A stretch of DNA of 64,000 bases from the human T2T-CHM13v2.0 reference genome, Homo sapiens. Made by a program: the position numbers and the translations under genes. Where the stretch lies: the NCBI RefSeq assembly GCF_009914755.1, contig NC_060939.1. One strand, written 5' to 3'. The notes below the pieces were generated by a model. The model saw only the letters and a list, made by a program, of their open reading frames with translations, searched no databases and was not told the DNA's origin. How positions within the stretch are numbered: position 1 is the stretch's first letter; the number at the start of each line of letters is the position of its first letter. This document shows, in pieces, positions 12,921 through 27,789 of this stretch.

Positions 12921-14890
12921 GTTTCTAAAACATTGCTCTAAGGAAGAGGTGGATGGGGGAAGGGGAAAGCACTAAAAAATCCTGAAATAGAGCATTAAGA
13001 TACATAGGAAGTAAACAGATAAAAATTGTAATCCAGGAATTATAATGTTATAGAATTTTAGCTCATTTTAAAATTATTTTGATAAATATACAGTGGAAGA
13101 ATTACCCTACCTGTCTGTCACCTTTCTTGTAGCTGAGTAGTACCTAGAGACAAGTGGAGCTAGGAGGAGGCCATGAGGGTGATTTTAAGTTGAAAGGTGA
13201 CTACCTTATATAAACTATTAAAATGCATATGTTGCCTGATTTCAATGATAATATTTGGCTGTTTGAGTTTAGGGAAAAAAAATCTTATGTGACTGTATTT
13301 TTATTAATATGAGAAATGTTCTTGATTATATGCACATAATACATCTCTATACATGCAGATATCCTTAGTTAACACTTGAAGAAAATTGGTTTTGATTGAC
13401 CATACATTCTTCAGACTAAAGTAGGGTACTCATTTTCCCTCCTCAGGTTTGTCCCTGATAGTTGCTTTTCTGTGTTTAGCTGATGATTTTCCTACCTCCC
13501 ATTGTTGCTGAACTGGAACAGGGCCATGTTTCTCATTGAAATGTTATGTAAAACATCTCAATGAGGTTGCCTGCTTACAGCTTTATGAGTTCTTCAGTTT
13601 ACATACACCCTGCACTCACTTTAACGCTTATGAAACCAAAGCATTTTTAAAATCCATAGCGCTAACCCCTTCCATTCAATACTTACTTTCTTGGTGTTAT
13701 TTTCCTTGTTTGTTTTTGTTTTTGTTTTGTTTTGTTTTCCTGATTCTACAGGTCTTAGAACTCCAAGATGTTCCATAAGTGTTTTTACTTGTGAGGAATG
13801 AGAAGCCATCCATGGAAATTTGAACTGAGTGGGGGCAGAGAAAGAGTGCAGATCCCTTTGCTTGTGAAAGAATTATCAGTGAGTGAAAGGCCATCACCCC
13901 AGGAAGCCAAATGAGGGAGCAGCAACATGTATATGAGCTTCCTATGGAATTGTCCTTATGTGAAGCTTTGAAGGTGTACAGCCACTCTCCCGGGTCTTCA
14001 GGTTCCTACCATTTCCATTTCTGTTAAAGTGGATCTGCATATCTTCAGCTTACTAGGTGACCCGGATGCTGACATCTGCTGCTGCAGAAAGGAAGACTTT
14101 TCATTGTAATTTCGCTTAGACCCTTTTATCAGTGGAGCTCCAGTTTTCTTACCTAGCTGTCACTTTTTTAAATGCCTCTGGGGGTTATTTTTGCTTTCCT
14201 TGGCCCCCACCAATTTATACATCTCCATTTTCTGACCTCTGGACTAACTGGTTGCTCAGCAAGGTTCTGAAGGAGAGTTTCTTGCATTGGACAGGCCCAG
14301 TCTTCTCCCATCATTGCCCTGCTGTGACTCCAAAGAAAGGAGCTTCTTGCTGACAGTGCCCTGTGGAGCAAGGCTGTGTTTCCTACCCCACACGGTGCTC
14401 AGTGGGTGCCAGCCCTCAGTGTGGCTTTGTGATTGCTGCCCTAAAGGAGAATGCTCTTTCCTTCCTCACTGGTACTGCCTGCTGTTTTCTAAGCATTGCT
14501 CCTGCACAGACATGGAGTCCCAGCCCCAGCAAGGCTCTTCTGTTCCCATCTGTTGACAATGTCTTGTGGAGCATTTTTGCTGAGGAAAAGGTCACTTGTA
14601 AACAGAGGAGAAAGGGAAAGAGTACAAAGCCCTAAGTTTATTGTAAGTGAAAACTGAGGGAATTCCTGTCTTCTTTAGGAGTAATGATTCATAGATCTAG
14701 ATAGGTGGAAATATCATTCAAAATAGTCACTTGAGCTCACAAAAAAAGCAAGGAAGAATTCTCATGTCCTTTGTCTTCCTTCTGTAGCCATTAACTGCTG
14801 AATCCATGTGAGGAAGACAGGCTTCCCTTCCTTCCCCCTCCTTAGTGATTTTTTCTTTAACAGCATAAGTAAAGAGGACTTTCTGGTTCA

Positions 14891-15023
14891 TTTTTGTTTG
14901 TTTTGTTTTGTTTTGTTTTGTTTACAGATGAGGTCTTGCTGTGTTGCCCAGGCTGGAGTGCGGTGGCTATTCACAGATGCTATCATAGCACACTACAGCC
15001 TCCAACTCTTGGGCTCAAGCATC
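14891..15023 (-). mobile_element. FAM (fossil Alu monomer) with (TTTTG)n tail, antisense inside the HMG20A 3' UTR
   Basis: Keeps the 7SL-derived segment gtggctattcacagatgctatcatagcacactacagcc, which dimeric Alus lack. Confidence 0.8.
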
Positions 15024-16363
15024 ACGCCTAGCAGTTTCTGGTTCCTTTAACAGCAAAAGGAAAGAGAGGTTCTGATTCTTACCTCAGGGTTTTTTGGTTG
15101 TTCATTGTTTTTGTTTTTGTTTTTGTTTTGACACTGCAGAGCACAAGGCTAAAGGTTACAGCTGAGATCTTTGGAACCAAAGGCAGAGCAAGCAGAGCCC
15201 GTTGTCTGGGCCCCACACCACTGCAGGCAGGTGGATAGAAGTGCGGCCCCTCTCATAGTATGCCCATAAGTCAGGGCATAGGGCAGAACTACCTGTCATG
15301 TTGCTACACCATCCTGTCTTCTCAGCATCTCCTTGCCTGTTTTCTTTATTAGTCCAAAGGAAAACAACAGCAACAAAATCTGTTTTTAAAATGTCTTATA
15401 TGAACATATATCAAATATCCATGCGCTGAAACCCACATACCATCACTTGGCAATTTTTTAGAATAAGACCCCATTATTATCTATTGCTATAAACCTAGCC
15501 AGTTCTCTTGCTCTTCTGTATTTTCCTATTTCCCTGCCATCATCTGCTATTTCTGCCACTTCTCTTAGACTCCTTGTCTGCAAAGCCCAAGCTAGAACTC
15601 ACTGTCTATGGCAGAAGGACATCCAGAGCCCATTCTGGAGTTTTGTTTTTTCCTTCTGCCAGATGCTTTGTGTCCTGTCTTCCTTCCTCCTCATATTTCT
15701 GTTTCTCATTTGTGTTCAGTTTTGTGCAGCATTGCTAGCACTGCTTTTGTGACCAGAAAAGGCCATAACATGGTCCAGGATCATCATTCTTCTGACTCTA
15801 GATGGGACACTTGACAGTGACTTGAAACATTTGCATATTCAGGAATGCATGAGATTTCAAGAGAGCCTACAGTATGAAATCATTTTCACAAAATAAGCAG
15901 CTTGCTTCTGAAATGCTGTCTTTCCCAGTAGCTACTCACCTGCCTCTGGTGGCTGGGATTCAGATGCCACAAAACTGTCAGTATCTATAGACCAGGTCTG
16001 TGCCACCTCCTCTCTCCTCTGTGCTCAGTGAGGAGGCAGTAAATGAAGTTACAGGCTAGCACAATACCTAACTCATGTTTCCCAGTACACCTGTAGATAT
16101 TACTGTACTTTTATGTTCTCAAGAAATAAGTTGTTGCCTATTCAGTGTTACAGATTTCTTTGTTTCTTTTTAATTAAAATACAAGAAGCAGCTGAGGAAA
16201 GGGAGACAAGGTATTTTATTTCTGACTGATTTTAGAAAAAACTTGTGTACATGTGTTTGGAACTGTTGAAATGCCAAGTTTTCTGTATAAGTGTTTTTGT
16301 AATTAAACTTTCAGATTTTCTTTGTTTTTTAAGAAGTTGATGTGCTTGTTTGACATTTGTCTC

Positions 16364-16369
16364 ATTAAA
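16364..16369 (+). promoter_or_regulatory. Polyadenylation signal ATTAAA (likely main HMG20A PAS; further ATTAAA at 16173 and 16302)
   Basis: Upstream TGTA (CFIm) motifs at ~16246, 16284 and 16298; CA near 16388; U-rich downstream element. Confidence 0.7.
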
Positions 16370-16433
16370 ACTTTTCTACGTTGAATTCACCTGTTTCAAT
16401 TTTACTTGCTTTGTAACAAAAAGTCCTACCTCT

Positions 16434-16823
<390 letters not shown>

Positions 16824-17033
16824 TCATTTTACTAATTGCTACTTCAAAATGTATCTTTACCGGTTTGAGAAGTCAGCTCTTTTAATGTATGCTGTAACAA
16901 TACAGTGAATTCTAATTCATTTTAATATAGCAGTAGTATTCTGAAGACAACTTACAAGGATGTTTTTAAAGTCAGTGACTCTGATGTCCCCTTGATAGAA
17001 GATCATTTGATAGAAGAAAGGAGATGTGCTTAA

Positions 17034-17340
<307 letters not shown>

Positions 17341-17649
17341 AAATGCTTGCTTTTTGAAAATAACTAATCAAAATATTTTTAAAGGAAATTTGTCACCTAT
17401 TTCTACTATGCTTTTAAAAATCCTAGGGGTGAGGCAACCTGGTTTCCAGAGCCTGCTGCTCTCCAAGTAGCCATTTGTGTGGCATTGGGCAAGTCTTGAT
17501 TTGTTTCAACTCCAGTTTCCTCTTCTGACATAACACGTGCCTCAGCAATCCTGTACTATTGTAAGAAGGATAGAGTAAGGTAACAGAATCCACCTTGCCT
17601 TGGAGGACAGGAAGATAGGAAGTATCTGTTACATGATTGCCAGTAACTA

Positions 17650-18110
17650 TCAGGGTATCTCAGTTAGGATTGAGTTTGGCTCTACATTAAGCAGAACTAG
17701 CAACAGCTTAAATAAGAAGTGTGTCTTTCTCATAGAAAACTATGCCAAAGTTGGGCAGTTAAAGGCTAGTATGGAGGCTCCTGTCTGTTCCACAACATGA
17801 TCTTTCTCAAGGTCACCCCGTGGTCCAAAATAGCCACTTGACCATCAGCCATCACTCTGAAATTCCTGGCAGCATGAGGAAAAGAGGGCAAGGACAAAAT
17901 GAGCAAACCTAGCTGAGTCAGGGCCCTCTAAAGAGTCTTCCTGGAAATCGTATTCAACACTTTCACTTAATTTGGCCAGAACTCAATCATGTGACTATAG
18001 CTAGCTATAAAGGAGGCCAAGAAATATCATTTTTGCATGGACGTCACTGTGCCCAACAATACAGGTTTTAGTAAGGAAGAAGGAGAAAATGAATATAGAG
18101 TAGGCAACTA
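17650..18110. mobile_element. Old MaLR LTR (MLT1J/K-like)
   Basis: ttggccagaactcaatcatgtgactatagctagctataaaggaggccaagaaat resembles the MLT1J/K motif. Confidence 0.5.
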
Positions 18111-19484
18111 ATGTTAATTTCATAACTATGTGTGACTTCATTTATGCACTCTAAGCCCAACCCCGCCATGCTAGTGAATGGAGTGCATTATCTTGCCTTT
18201 GTCTCTTGGCCATTTGAGAATGACCATGTACTTCCGTGATACTTTTTTCCCCCGGAGAGCCAGAAAGCCAAAAACTGGCTTCCATCTGAGTTGCCATTTC
18301 CTGTTCCCATCTAGCTCTTCCCCTACCCTACAACAGCTGGTGGCCAGTCTTGTTTAGTAAAAATCAACATAAACAGGTGGTAATACTTCCCCTAGTTGTT
18401 TGTTCCCTTTCTCTAACTGCTCAGCATCTGCTGAATTGAAACAACACCAGGACAAGCTTTCCCTAAGGGTGGGGAAATTGAAGTATTGCTTAGCGGAAAA
18501 GCTCATAGCTACTTCCTGCCCTCTGAAAGAATTTCCTGCCTTGCAACTGAGAGTTCCAAGTCAGGGGTTTTTTCTTTGTTTTATTTGTTTACCTTTGATA
18601 TATAGCCTGCACTCAAATATATACTTCAGTATCTATGGATATAAGCAGTAGTTTATATGCCAGCCCATTAAAGAAATCAGGATTGAGAATCAGACTAGGT
18701 GAAATTGTTAATGTACATCTGCTCATCCAGAAACCATTTCAGTTTAGTTTTCACAAGACTATGTGTCTACAGGGGGAAACTTTTGCCAGAGGTAGAAATG
18801 TAAATTCTCTTAGCTTAGTGAAATGCAAAAGGAGGAGCCACAAGAAGATAAGAATGGCATTGGGAAATTAAGTGCATGGCCAATGCAGATTTTCCAGATA
18901 GAAGGATTTTTATAAACCACCTGCAACACCAGATCAGTGGGAGGATGTCTTATATGTTTATGTGGGAATATGTAAGATTCAGTGTAAGAGATTCTCTTAT
19001 TTGAATCTCTCTCTCACACACACACACCATCCAACACTTAAGAGCCAGAGTTTTTTATACCAACTTCTCTTCATTTCACTTTAATTCACCCTTTATTTGG
19101 GAATACAAAGATGTTTATAAAACATGGTTTCTGCCCTCCATAATTTCTGATAATCTAGTGGGAAGGACAGACTTGTACATAAATATTTCTAACATAGGGC
19201 AGCTTGTATTAATAGTTTTAATAGAGACAAATAATTTTTAGAGAGTGAAAAAGTTATTTGAATCTTACCTGATGAGATATTTTTTCCATAAGTGCAAAAG
19301 AGTTTGCAATAGAGAGTAGATCTGAGTCAGGGTGGGGGATCAGTATCTTAACTAATTAATAAGGGCTTTATCTGGAATGTAAATGAAATATGAAAATCTG
19401 AACTGATAGCTATCAGAGTTTGTCTGGTAGAGGTTGAGGTAGCTGGAAGGTCAGAACATTTGGATTAATTGTAATTTAGACAAG

Positions 19485-19710
19485 CAGTTTTTCAAAGTTC
19501 ACTTTTGATTCATTCATAGATCATTAAATCAGTAAGTTGGTCAAAAACATTTTTAAAAATTAAAATGAGAAACTATCAGAATGCACTACAGGTAGTTAAG
19601 GGTATTATTTTGTGAAACTTACACTTCAGATACAGTCATATGTCTACATACACTTTTAATGTAAAATGTGTTTCTTACCATGGGATCACAATAAAGATAG
19701 TCAATGACTG
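19485..19710. mobile_element. hAT-Charlie-type MITE remnant (family uncertain)
   Basis: cag...ttttcaaa terminus and internal tatcagaatgcac...aagggtattattttgtgaaactt...atgtaaaatgtgtttcttac motifs. Confidence 0.5.
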
Positions 19711-19739
19711 TTTTATTACCTCTGAAATTGGACAACACT

Positions 19740-19940
19740 GCTGGGTTCAGGTCTGGATTCTGCTGCTTTCCTCTTACGTGACCTTAGGCAAGTTGCATAA
19801 ACCACTGTATGACTTAAGTTTTCTCATCTGTAACATAGTGATATTTATCATTTCTGTCCTGTAGAGTTTTTATGTAGATTAGTCAATCCATGTAAAACAC
19901 TTAGAATAGTGCCTCTCATAGAGTAGAAGACACTTAAATA
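19740..19940 (+). mobile_element. MIR
   Basis: gtgaccttaggcaagtt...ttttctcatctgtaa...gtaaaacacttagaatagtgcct. Confidence 0.75.
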
Positions 19941-19989
19941 TAAGTTGTTATAATTTGTGGAAGACTAAAGGGAAAAGAGAAATAACAGA

Positions 19990-20190
19990 CATATACCATA
20001 GGCCACTCTGCTGTGCTTTTTATGTAAATTATGTAATTCCACAACTTTACAGAGTAGGACTACTGTACTCATTTTTACAGTAAGTAAATTAAGACACAGA
20101 TCTGATAAGTGACTTGTGCAGTTACAGAACAGGGAACAGGTAGAGAAATGGTTTATATCCAGATAACTGTGGCTTTACATTCCACTATAG
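19990..20190 (-). mobile_element. MIR
   Basis: ctcatttttacag...aagtgacttgtgcag core. Confidence 0.65.
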
Positions 20191-20762
20191 CCGTACTGTC
20201 TTAGAGATAACTAATGAGAGTGGCATGAGTTCAAAGCCGTAGCATGGTATGGTGGGTCTGAGAACTGGAATTAGACCTATTCAACAATATTTGTTGAATA
20301 TCTTTCTTGCGTTAGAAATTGTTCTGGGTCCTAGTCCCCATAGAGCTCTTCCCCTTGCTGGGGAAGAAGAGACTACAAACAAGTAACCTAACAAACTCAT
20401 CTCAGCTAATTACCTAGATAAGAAGAAATGATATAAGCTAGGATAGAGAAAGGCCTTTCTGAAAAAGTATCTTCTGAAGAAAGACAAAATTGATTTGAAG
20501 GAGCCAGCCCGGTGAAGGGCTGAGGGTATACAAAGGCTGAAATCCTGAGGCAGGAATGAACTCTGGAATTTCAAGGCATAGAAAAAGCTGGTGAGGCTGG
20601 AGCAGAGTAAACGAGAGGCAGAGTGGCTTTGAAGTTGCAAGGCAGGCAATAGCAAGATCATGTAGATCCTCAGAAGTGTCGTAAAGAGTTTGCAGTTTGT
20701 CATAAGTGTAATGTGAAGAGAGTTCTACACAACTGAGTGACAAGATCTGATTTCTGTTTTTA

Positions 20763-21099
<337 letters not shown>

Positions 21100-21323
21100 T
21101 CACTCTGGCTGCTGTATAGAGAATTGTGGGGTGGGCAAGAGAAGAATCAGAGAGACTAGGAGAAGGCTGGCATAGGAACCCAAGTGAGAAATGACAGTGG
21201 CTTAGCCTAGAGTGGTGGGAAAAGGCAGATTAATTCAGGATATAGTTTGGGAGTATAATGGACAGGAATTGCTGAGGAGTGGGATGTGGAGAATGAAAGA
21301 AAAAGAAGAATGACTCAGTTTTT

Positions 21324-21450
21324 CCTGGGCACAGTGGCTTACGCGTGTAATCCCAGTACTTTGGGAGGCCAAGGCGGGTAGATTTCTTGAGCCCAGGAGT
21401 TCAAGACCAACCTGGGCAACGTGGTGAAACCCCATCTCTATAAGAAAAAG
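21324..21450 (+). mobile_element. FLAM-like Alu left monomer
   Basis: Left monomer only, with a 21-nt TSD aagaagaatgactcagttttt at 21303 and 21451. Confidence 0.88.
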
Positions 21451-22787
21451 AAGAAGAATGACTCAGTTTTTTTGGCTTGGAAAACTGGGTAATGGAGAGA
21501 GGTGCCATGGCCTGAGATTGCAGACTTAAGTATGAAACATCACGGAAGAAAAATCAAGGATTTGTTTTTGACTGGCTAAACTTGAAGTCCCAACAACAGA
21601 TGAGCCCCTGGGCAAGACACACATCTCCCTGCTATCAGTTAAAAAGTTCCTTTCAGTTCCTAAAAGTCTGTGGTTCCTTGAGATTCTAAGTTCAGGTCAG
21701 TGTTTGCTAACATTCCTTCTATCCTCAGCGCATGTGCACACATGTAGATCCAGTTACGTTGTGCGTTGAACTGTGAAATTAAGGAATGGTCTCCTTTTTA
21801 ATTCTTGACGCTTCTTAGGAAAAGAATTTTTAAAACTTGCATCTGCATTTGTTTAAGATTGACATAAAGCAGCTGAATGTTCTAGGATATAAAAATCATG
21901 CCATAACCTGACCATTAGAAAATCCTGGGGCAAGAAATGGAAAGCGTCTGCTTAAAAGAGACTGGTCAAAAATATATTTGGCATCATTCAAAGAAGGGTA
22001 ATGTGAGAAGACATCACTGATACAGTCAGAAGGTTTAAAGACTCAGCAAATGGGCTCCTGTGAGGGGTGCTTTTGCTATCTTCAAGGATAGAAGTCAACT
22101 GAAGGCAGCTGGGTCCAGGCACTGGAATGTAAGACAACAACCTATTTTTCTTGGGGCCGGTGGATTTTTGAAGTAGACTTATGTTATATTTATCAAAAGA
22201 ATTTCTTGGTTTAAAGGACAAACTAATATAGTAATTATGGATTTTATTCATGCCTCAGAAGAATGAGTATTTTAGATACATTCATTTTTTCAAGCATTTC
22301 CAAGTACTCACTATGTGTTTTGGGTGTAAAGTTGAGGAAGTCCCTCTCCACTGGAAGCCCACAATGTAACAAAAAATAGATACAAAAGCTAACTACAATA
22401 GGGTCTGATAAATGATCAAACGGCTGTGAGCGCAGTATTCTGGAAAACACAAAGGAAAAATTCAGTGGTTTTGCTTGGGGGAAGGCAAAAGAGCTTTACC
22501 AGGATAACATTTTGAGCTGGGCCTTAGAAAAAGAGTAGTTCCTTAAGATAAGCTAGAAATAGACCTAGAGATAGAAGTACATTTTTGGTGTACTCAAGTA
22601 ATTCAGCGTGACTGGAACACAGGTTATATCCAGGGCACTGACCAAAAAGAAAGATAGTGAGGTGTTCTGAAAATGGATTGTAAATGGGCCTTGAATGTCA
22701 AGCCAAGGGTTTTAGCTTTTGTTTTGCAGGCAGAGGGAAGGCCTCAAGGCTGTTTTTGCAAGGCAGTGACATAAGGAAAACTACACC

Positions 22788-23250
22788 ACAGCCTCTCAAC
22801 CATTTTTCTGCCACGAGCTGCTTTGGCAATCTGGTAAAGTCTATGGACCCTTCTAGGAATGTTTTCTAAGTGCATAAAATACAAATAAAATTACAAAGGA
22901 AATCCACTATATTAAAATATAGCTAACAAAATATTAACAATGTGTTATGTAGGAATACCTGTGCTTCTTGATAAAGCATTAAATAACATGATCTAGTTCT
23001 AATAATGACCATAATTTTAAAGTAGTAGTGACCATAAATAATATTTCAACATCTGCAATGTCTATAATATAGTATGAAAATATCTGTGATCTTGTTGGTG
23101 GCAAAGTCACAGGTCCTGCCAATACTACTGGGGCTTGTTGCCAATGTTTATAATCAAAAGAAATGCAAATTTTCAATTAGAGGTTTGTGAAAATCAAAAT
23201 GTAATTTCCCCCCATCCATTATTGTGGTCCTTAGCATAAATACTCTTGAA
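22788..23250. mobile_element. hAT-Charlie DNA transposon remnant (MER119-like)
   Basis: tttggcaatctggtaaagtctatggacccttct...tgcataaaata...ttacaaaggaaa motifs. Confidence 0.55.
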
Positions 23251-23330
23251 TTCAAGGCAGTATGGAGATAGACTGGTTAGGAGACTGTTAAAATAGCCAG
23301 GATGGAAGGTAAGAAGAGCATGCAGTCGGG

Positions 23331-23623
23331 GGCTGGGTATGGTGGCTCACACCTTTTGGGAGGCTGAGGCAGGAGGATTGCATGAGCTCACAAGTTCAAG
23401 ACCAGACTGGGAAACATGGTGAGATCTCATCTCTATAAAAAAAAAATTTTTAATTAGCCAGGCATGATGGGGCTCCAAGATACTTGGGGGGCTGAGGTGG
23501 GAGGATTGCTGGAGCCCGGGAAGTCGTGGCTGCAGTGAGCCATGTTCATACCATTGCACTCCAGCTTGGGTGACAGAGCAAGACTCTGTCTCCAAGGAAA
23601 ATAAATAAATAAAGAAGAGGAAG
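23331..23623 (+). mobile_element. AluJ
   Basis: TSD aagaagagcatgcagt at 23311 and 23624. Confidence 0.9.
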
Positions 23624-23829
23624 AAGAAGAGCATGCAGTGGGGATGGAGTAAAGGAGCAGAGGAGATTAGAGACATTTGGGAGTTTGACTTGGTTCCTCC
23701 CAAAGCTCAGTGAGGAATTCTTCAAGGAGGAATTTTGGGTAACTGTGGTCTGGTGGGGCGGGTTCACCAGGAAGGCAGTGTAAATACCCTTTAGGCAGCT
23801 CTCCATATGCAGTCTACTTTCATTACTTG

Positions 23830-24760
23830 GTTCAACTAATATGCATTACCCTCTGGAGCAGGCAATAGGAATATAGCAAAACAGGTAACAATTCTTGCTT
23901 TCATGGAGCCTAGTATCTAGTGGAAGAAACGTGATTAAACAAACTTAAGTAGATGTGATGTTGCCATGTGGTATCAAATGCAGGAAAAGAGTAGTAGTAG
24001 CGTGTGTCAGCATATTGGCAGGGAGTGGGCAACTTTTTTCGATGGTGGGGTCAAGGAAGGCCCCTTCAAGGAAGTGACACTTAAAATGAAAAACCAGTAG
24101 GACTTAGGGAGAGTCAGGAAAAGAGCACAAAAACCAGCTTTCATTGGGGATTTAGAGGAGCTGAAAGAAAACCAGGGACCTGGAGCAGGGAAATGTAGGG
24201 GAAAAACAGCAAGAGATAGGAGAGAGGCCATGTGCGGTCTTATCACCAGCCCAAGGATCTGGGATAGTCTCCTCAGTGCAGGGGGAAGTCACTGAAGGTT
24301 TCAGAAAGGGAAGTGACATCATCTAGTTTGTGGTTTTAAAAACTTATTCTGACTACTCTGTGAAGCATTGAAATAGGGAGCTAAATTGTGGCTGTGGCTA
24401 TAATCCCTCCAGAGGTGGTGGTATTATGGACTAAGGGTGTAGCAGTGAAGAATGATGTGGGGAAGAGGATGGAATACAGCCATTTTGGTGGTGGAAGGAA
24501 CAAGATGAGTGACGGATGAGAGGGAGGCAGGAGGGAGAGAGCACCTACAGTGATCTTGTGCTTCACATGGATGGTCCAGATACCAGTTACAGAGACAACG
24601 ACTAGAAGAGGAGCAGACTGGGGCAGGGGAATGGCTGGAAATCAGACAGCCTTGTGGGAATGTTTATTTGAGATGCAAGTGTTAAGTCAGCAGATGTAGG
24701 TGTTAAGTAAGCATTTATATTGACAATTCTAGAGCTTAAAAGGCGGGCCTGGACTTGGAA
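23830..24760 (-). mobile_element. L2 fragment
   Basis: cttgctttcatggagcctagtatctagtgg and further L2 motifs. Confidence 0.65.
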
Positions 24761-24913
24761 TGACTTTTACCAAAGACTTCCAAGGAGACTTTTTTTATTA
24801 GAACTTTTCTCCCAGATCCTGGCACTGCTCTGAAGGCAGATAGTCAAACCCTACCAACTGCAGCCACCCCTGGCTAAAGATTTCACTGTTTTATTCTTTG
24901 CCCTAATGTTAAC

Positions 24914-25248
<335 letters not shown>

Positions 25249-25970
25249 TGACATCAGAACAACATCTGGACCCAAGTGAGACTTTTCCATTGGCTTAAAT
25301 CAGTCAGTACCTGTAAAGATGTTCAGAATATTTAAACTTACATGAGTCTGCCACATGAGATTTCTGCAGGGGGAGCTTTGCAGCCGTAAAGAGGATGCTA
25401 AACATAGTGGCTTATAATGAAATAATATGTTTATCTTGGCTGGTTTTATAGCAGATGTGATTGGGATATTTACTGGTTGTTTCTTAGAACTAGATGAAAG
25501 CAATAGTTCAGACCAAATGAATTACAGCAACAAAACATGCTAACAACATAAAAAAAGATATAGATTATGGAAAATTATAAATTGTGATCATGCAGAGAGG
25601 TCTCACTCTAGCCTGAACACTGGTGACCCACAACTAAATGGGGCCAAGATTAATCATGCCTCAATCTTACACATAAGCCAAGGGATCTTTTCTAAAGATC
25701 ATGCCTATTAAAGCAGCAAAGACTTTTCTGCAAGATATATCATAATGAGCTCCAGACATTTAATGAGAGACAAGTGCTACGGTTGAAAGTGGTGACCTTC
25801 AGCATCGAATCTGAAAATGAAGTAGGCCTGCTTGCTCTGCAAAATGAGGCCCCAATCCAGTCTGCTTAGGTGAAGAGAAGTCTCACATTTGTAGATGGTC
25901 TGTTGCAGGCAAACCTTAAATCTTCTGGGAAAGGGGGAAAGGCTTTTGTTTGTTTTTATTTTTCTAATTA

Positions 25971-26404
<434 letters not shown>

Positions 26405-27770
26405 TTAGATAGAGTGTCCCAAAAGCCTCTGGAAGAATATGCAGCACTCCAAGGCCAGGAGACCTCAGCTTCCATCTCTGTTGTAATGGCTGCCTCAAAT
26501 GAGGACAATTGCCTGGCCAAAAAATAGCAGCATGAAAGAGAAGTGTCATCCCCCCTTATTCCTAGTTTTTCATCCCCTAGAAGCCCCTCATCCAAGGACT
26601 TGTGTAAAGTTGTGTCCGCCCCTACTTTGATCTGCAGTAGGAAATGCTGGGATGCATGTCCTGACCCTCCTTCCCCCACTGCAGCCCTCACGAATGGTAG
26701 GTGGCTGTCCTGCAGACAGGATGCTGCCTCACGTCCTGAACCTCGCCACAAATTCCTGCCCCACTGGCTGCTTCTGGCTTCCTCTTGCAATCCCAGGAGA
26801 CAAAGGACTGTGAGGGAGGAAGGGAGCCGAGCATGGTCTCCCAGGCAGAAACCCTTTGGAAGATGCCGGAGCCTCAGCCTGCTTGCCCGGGTCTGCCTTT
26901 CTGGGTGGGAGGAGGGGCGGCCTCCCTACTCTTCCCAAATGTCCCTGTCTTAAACCCATGCAGCACAAAACAAGCCAGTTCATTGTGTTCTTGGATATAA
27001 ATATTGATTCTAGGTGATGTTAACATTCTGTTCATAAAAGAATGTAACATATTTCTCCCACACCATATTAGACTGATGTGTTGTTTGGCCAAGGGAAGTA
27101 CCGATTGCTGGCTTCTGCGAGAAAATGTGGACATTTAAATGCATGCAGCTTTCAGAAGTCTAGGAAGCAGCCTCAGAACAGCAACCAGGCCCCTGGGTTG
27201 GCTTCAGCTCTGCCCTCCTCCATCCAGTTTCTCCTTTTCCATCTCCATTGTTTGCACATACCTTTGGTATTTCTGATCACTTGTAATTTAAGAAAATGCT
27301 TTCTTGGAATTATATCTTCTTTCTCAAGGACCTGTTAATGTGGGACATTTGCTTTCTTCAGGAGGGCCCGGAAGGTCAGGACCAAACATTTTTAGTTTTC
27401 TTCCCCAGGGGAAAAGATCTGGGAGGTCCTGTCCTCCCGTTTACTTTTTCCCCCTCTCTGCATGTCGGAGGGAAGGGCAAAGTCTTCAGACCAGAGGTGG
27501 TCCCGCCAAGCGCTCCACCGAGGCCTGACCAAGCCCAAGACTCAGATGTGTTGGCCGCCTTGGCAAGGCAAATTCCCCACATTCCACAAGTGCTCTTGAG
27601 GGAGAAATAGAAGTAATGAGAAAGTGGAATTCTTGATGTGTATGCGTGCTCACTCGGGTGCCAATTCATCCGACACAGACAGATCCCTGGCCTTATTTCG
27701 CAAGAGAGTGATAGAGCCCATTTCCAGATGTGCGGGAGGACGGCCCGGGACCCAGTGCTGGCAGGAGAGC

Positions 27771-27789
27771 TGGCGCCCTCTGCTGTCCC
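27771..27789 (-). promoter_or_regulatory. Candidate CTCF binding site (minus strand GGGACAGCAGAGGGCGCCA)
   Basis: Close match to the CTCF core CCASYAGRKGGCRS (one mismatch at the first position), in unique, locally CpG-retaining sequence. Confidence 0.6.

Larger units (their letters stand above)
13752..16388 (+). other. HMG20A: HMG20A terminal exon (entirely 3' UTR, ~2.6 kb; 3' end approximate)
   Basis: Very long T-rich tract ending tgattctacag|GTC. Nearly repeat-free, UTR-like sequence that ends in a cluster of ATTAAA signals just before an Alu. Confidence 0.85.

Noticed and set aside
14926-15023. 7SL RNA gene or pseudogene
   Set aside because: It lacks the 7SL S-domain; the retained segment fits FAM.
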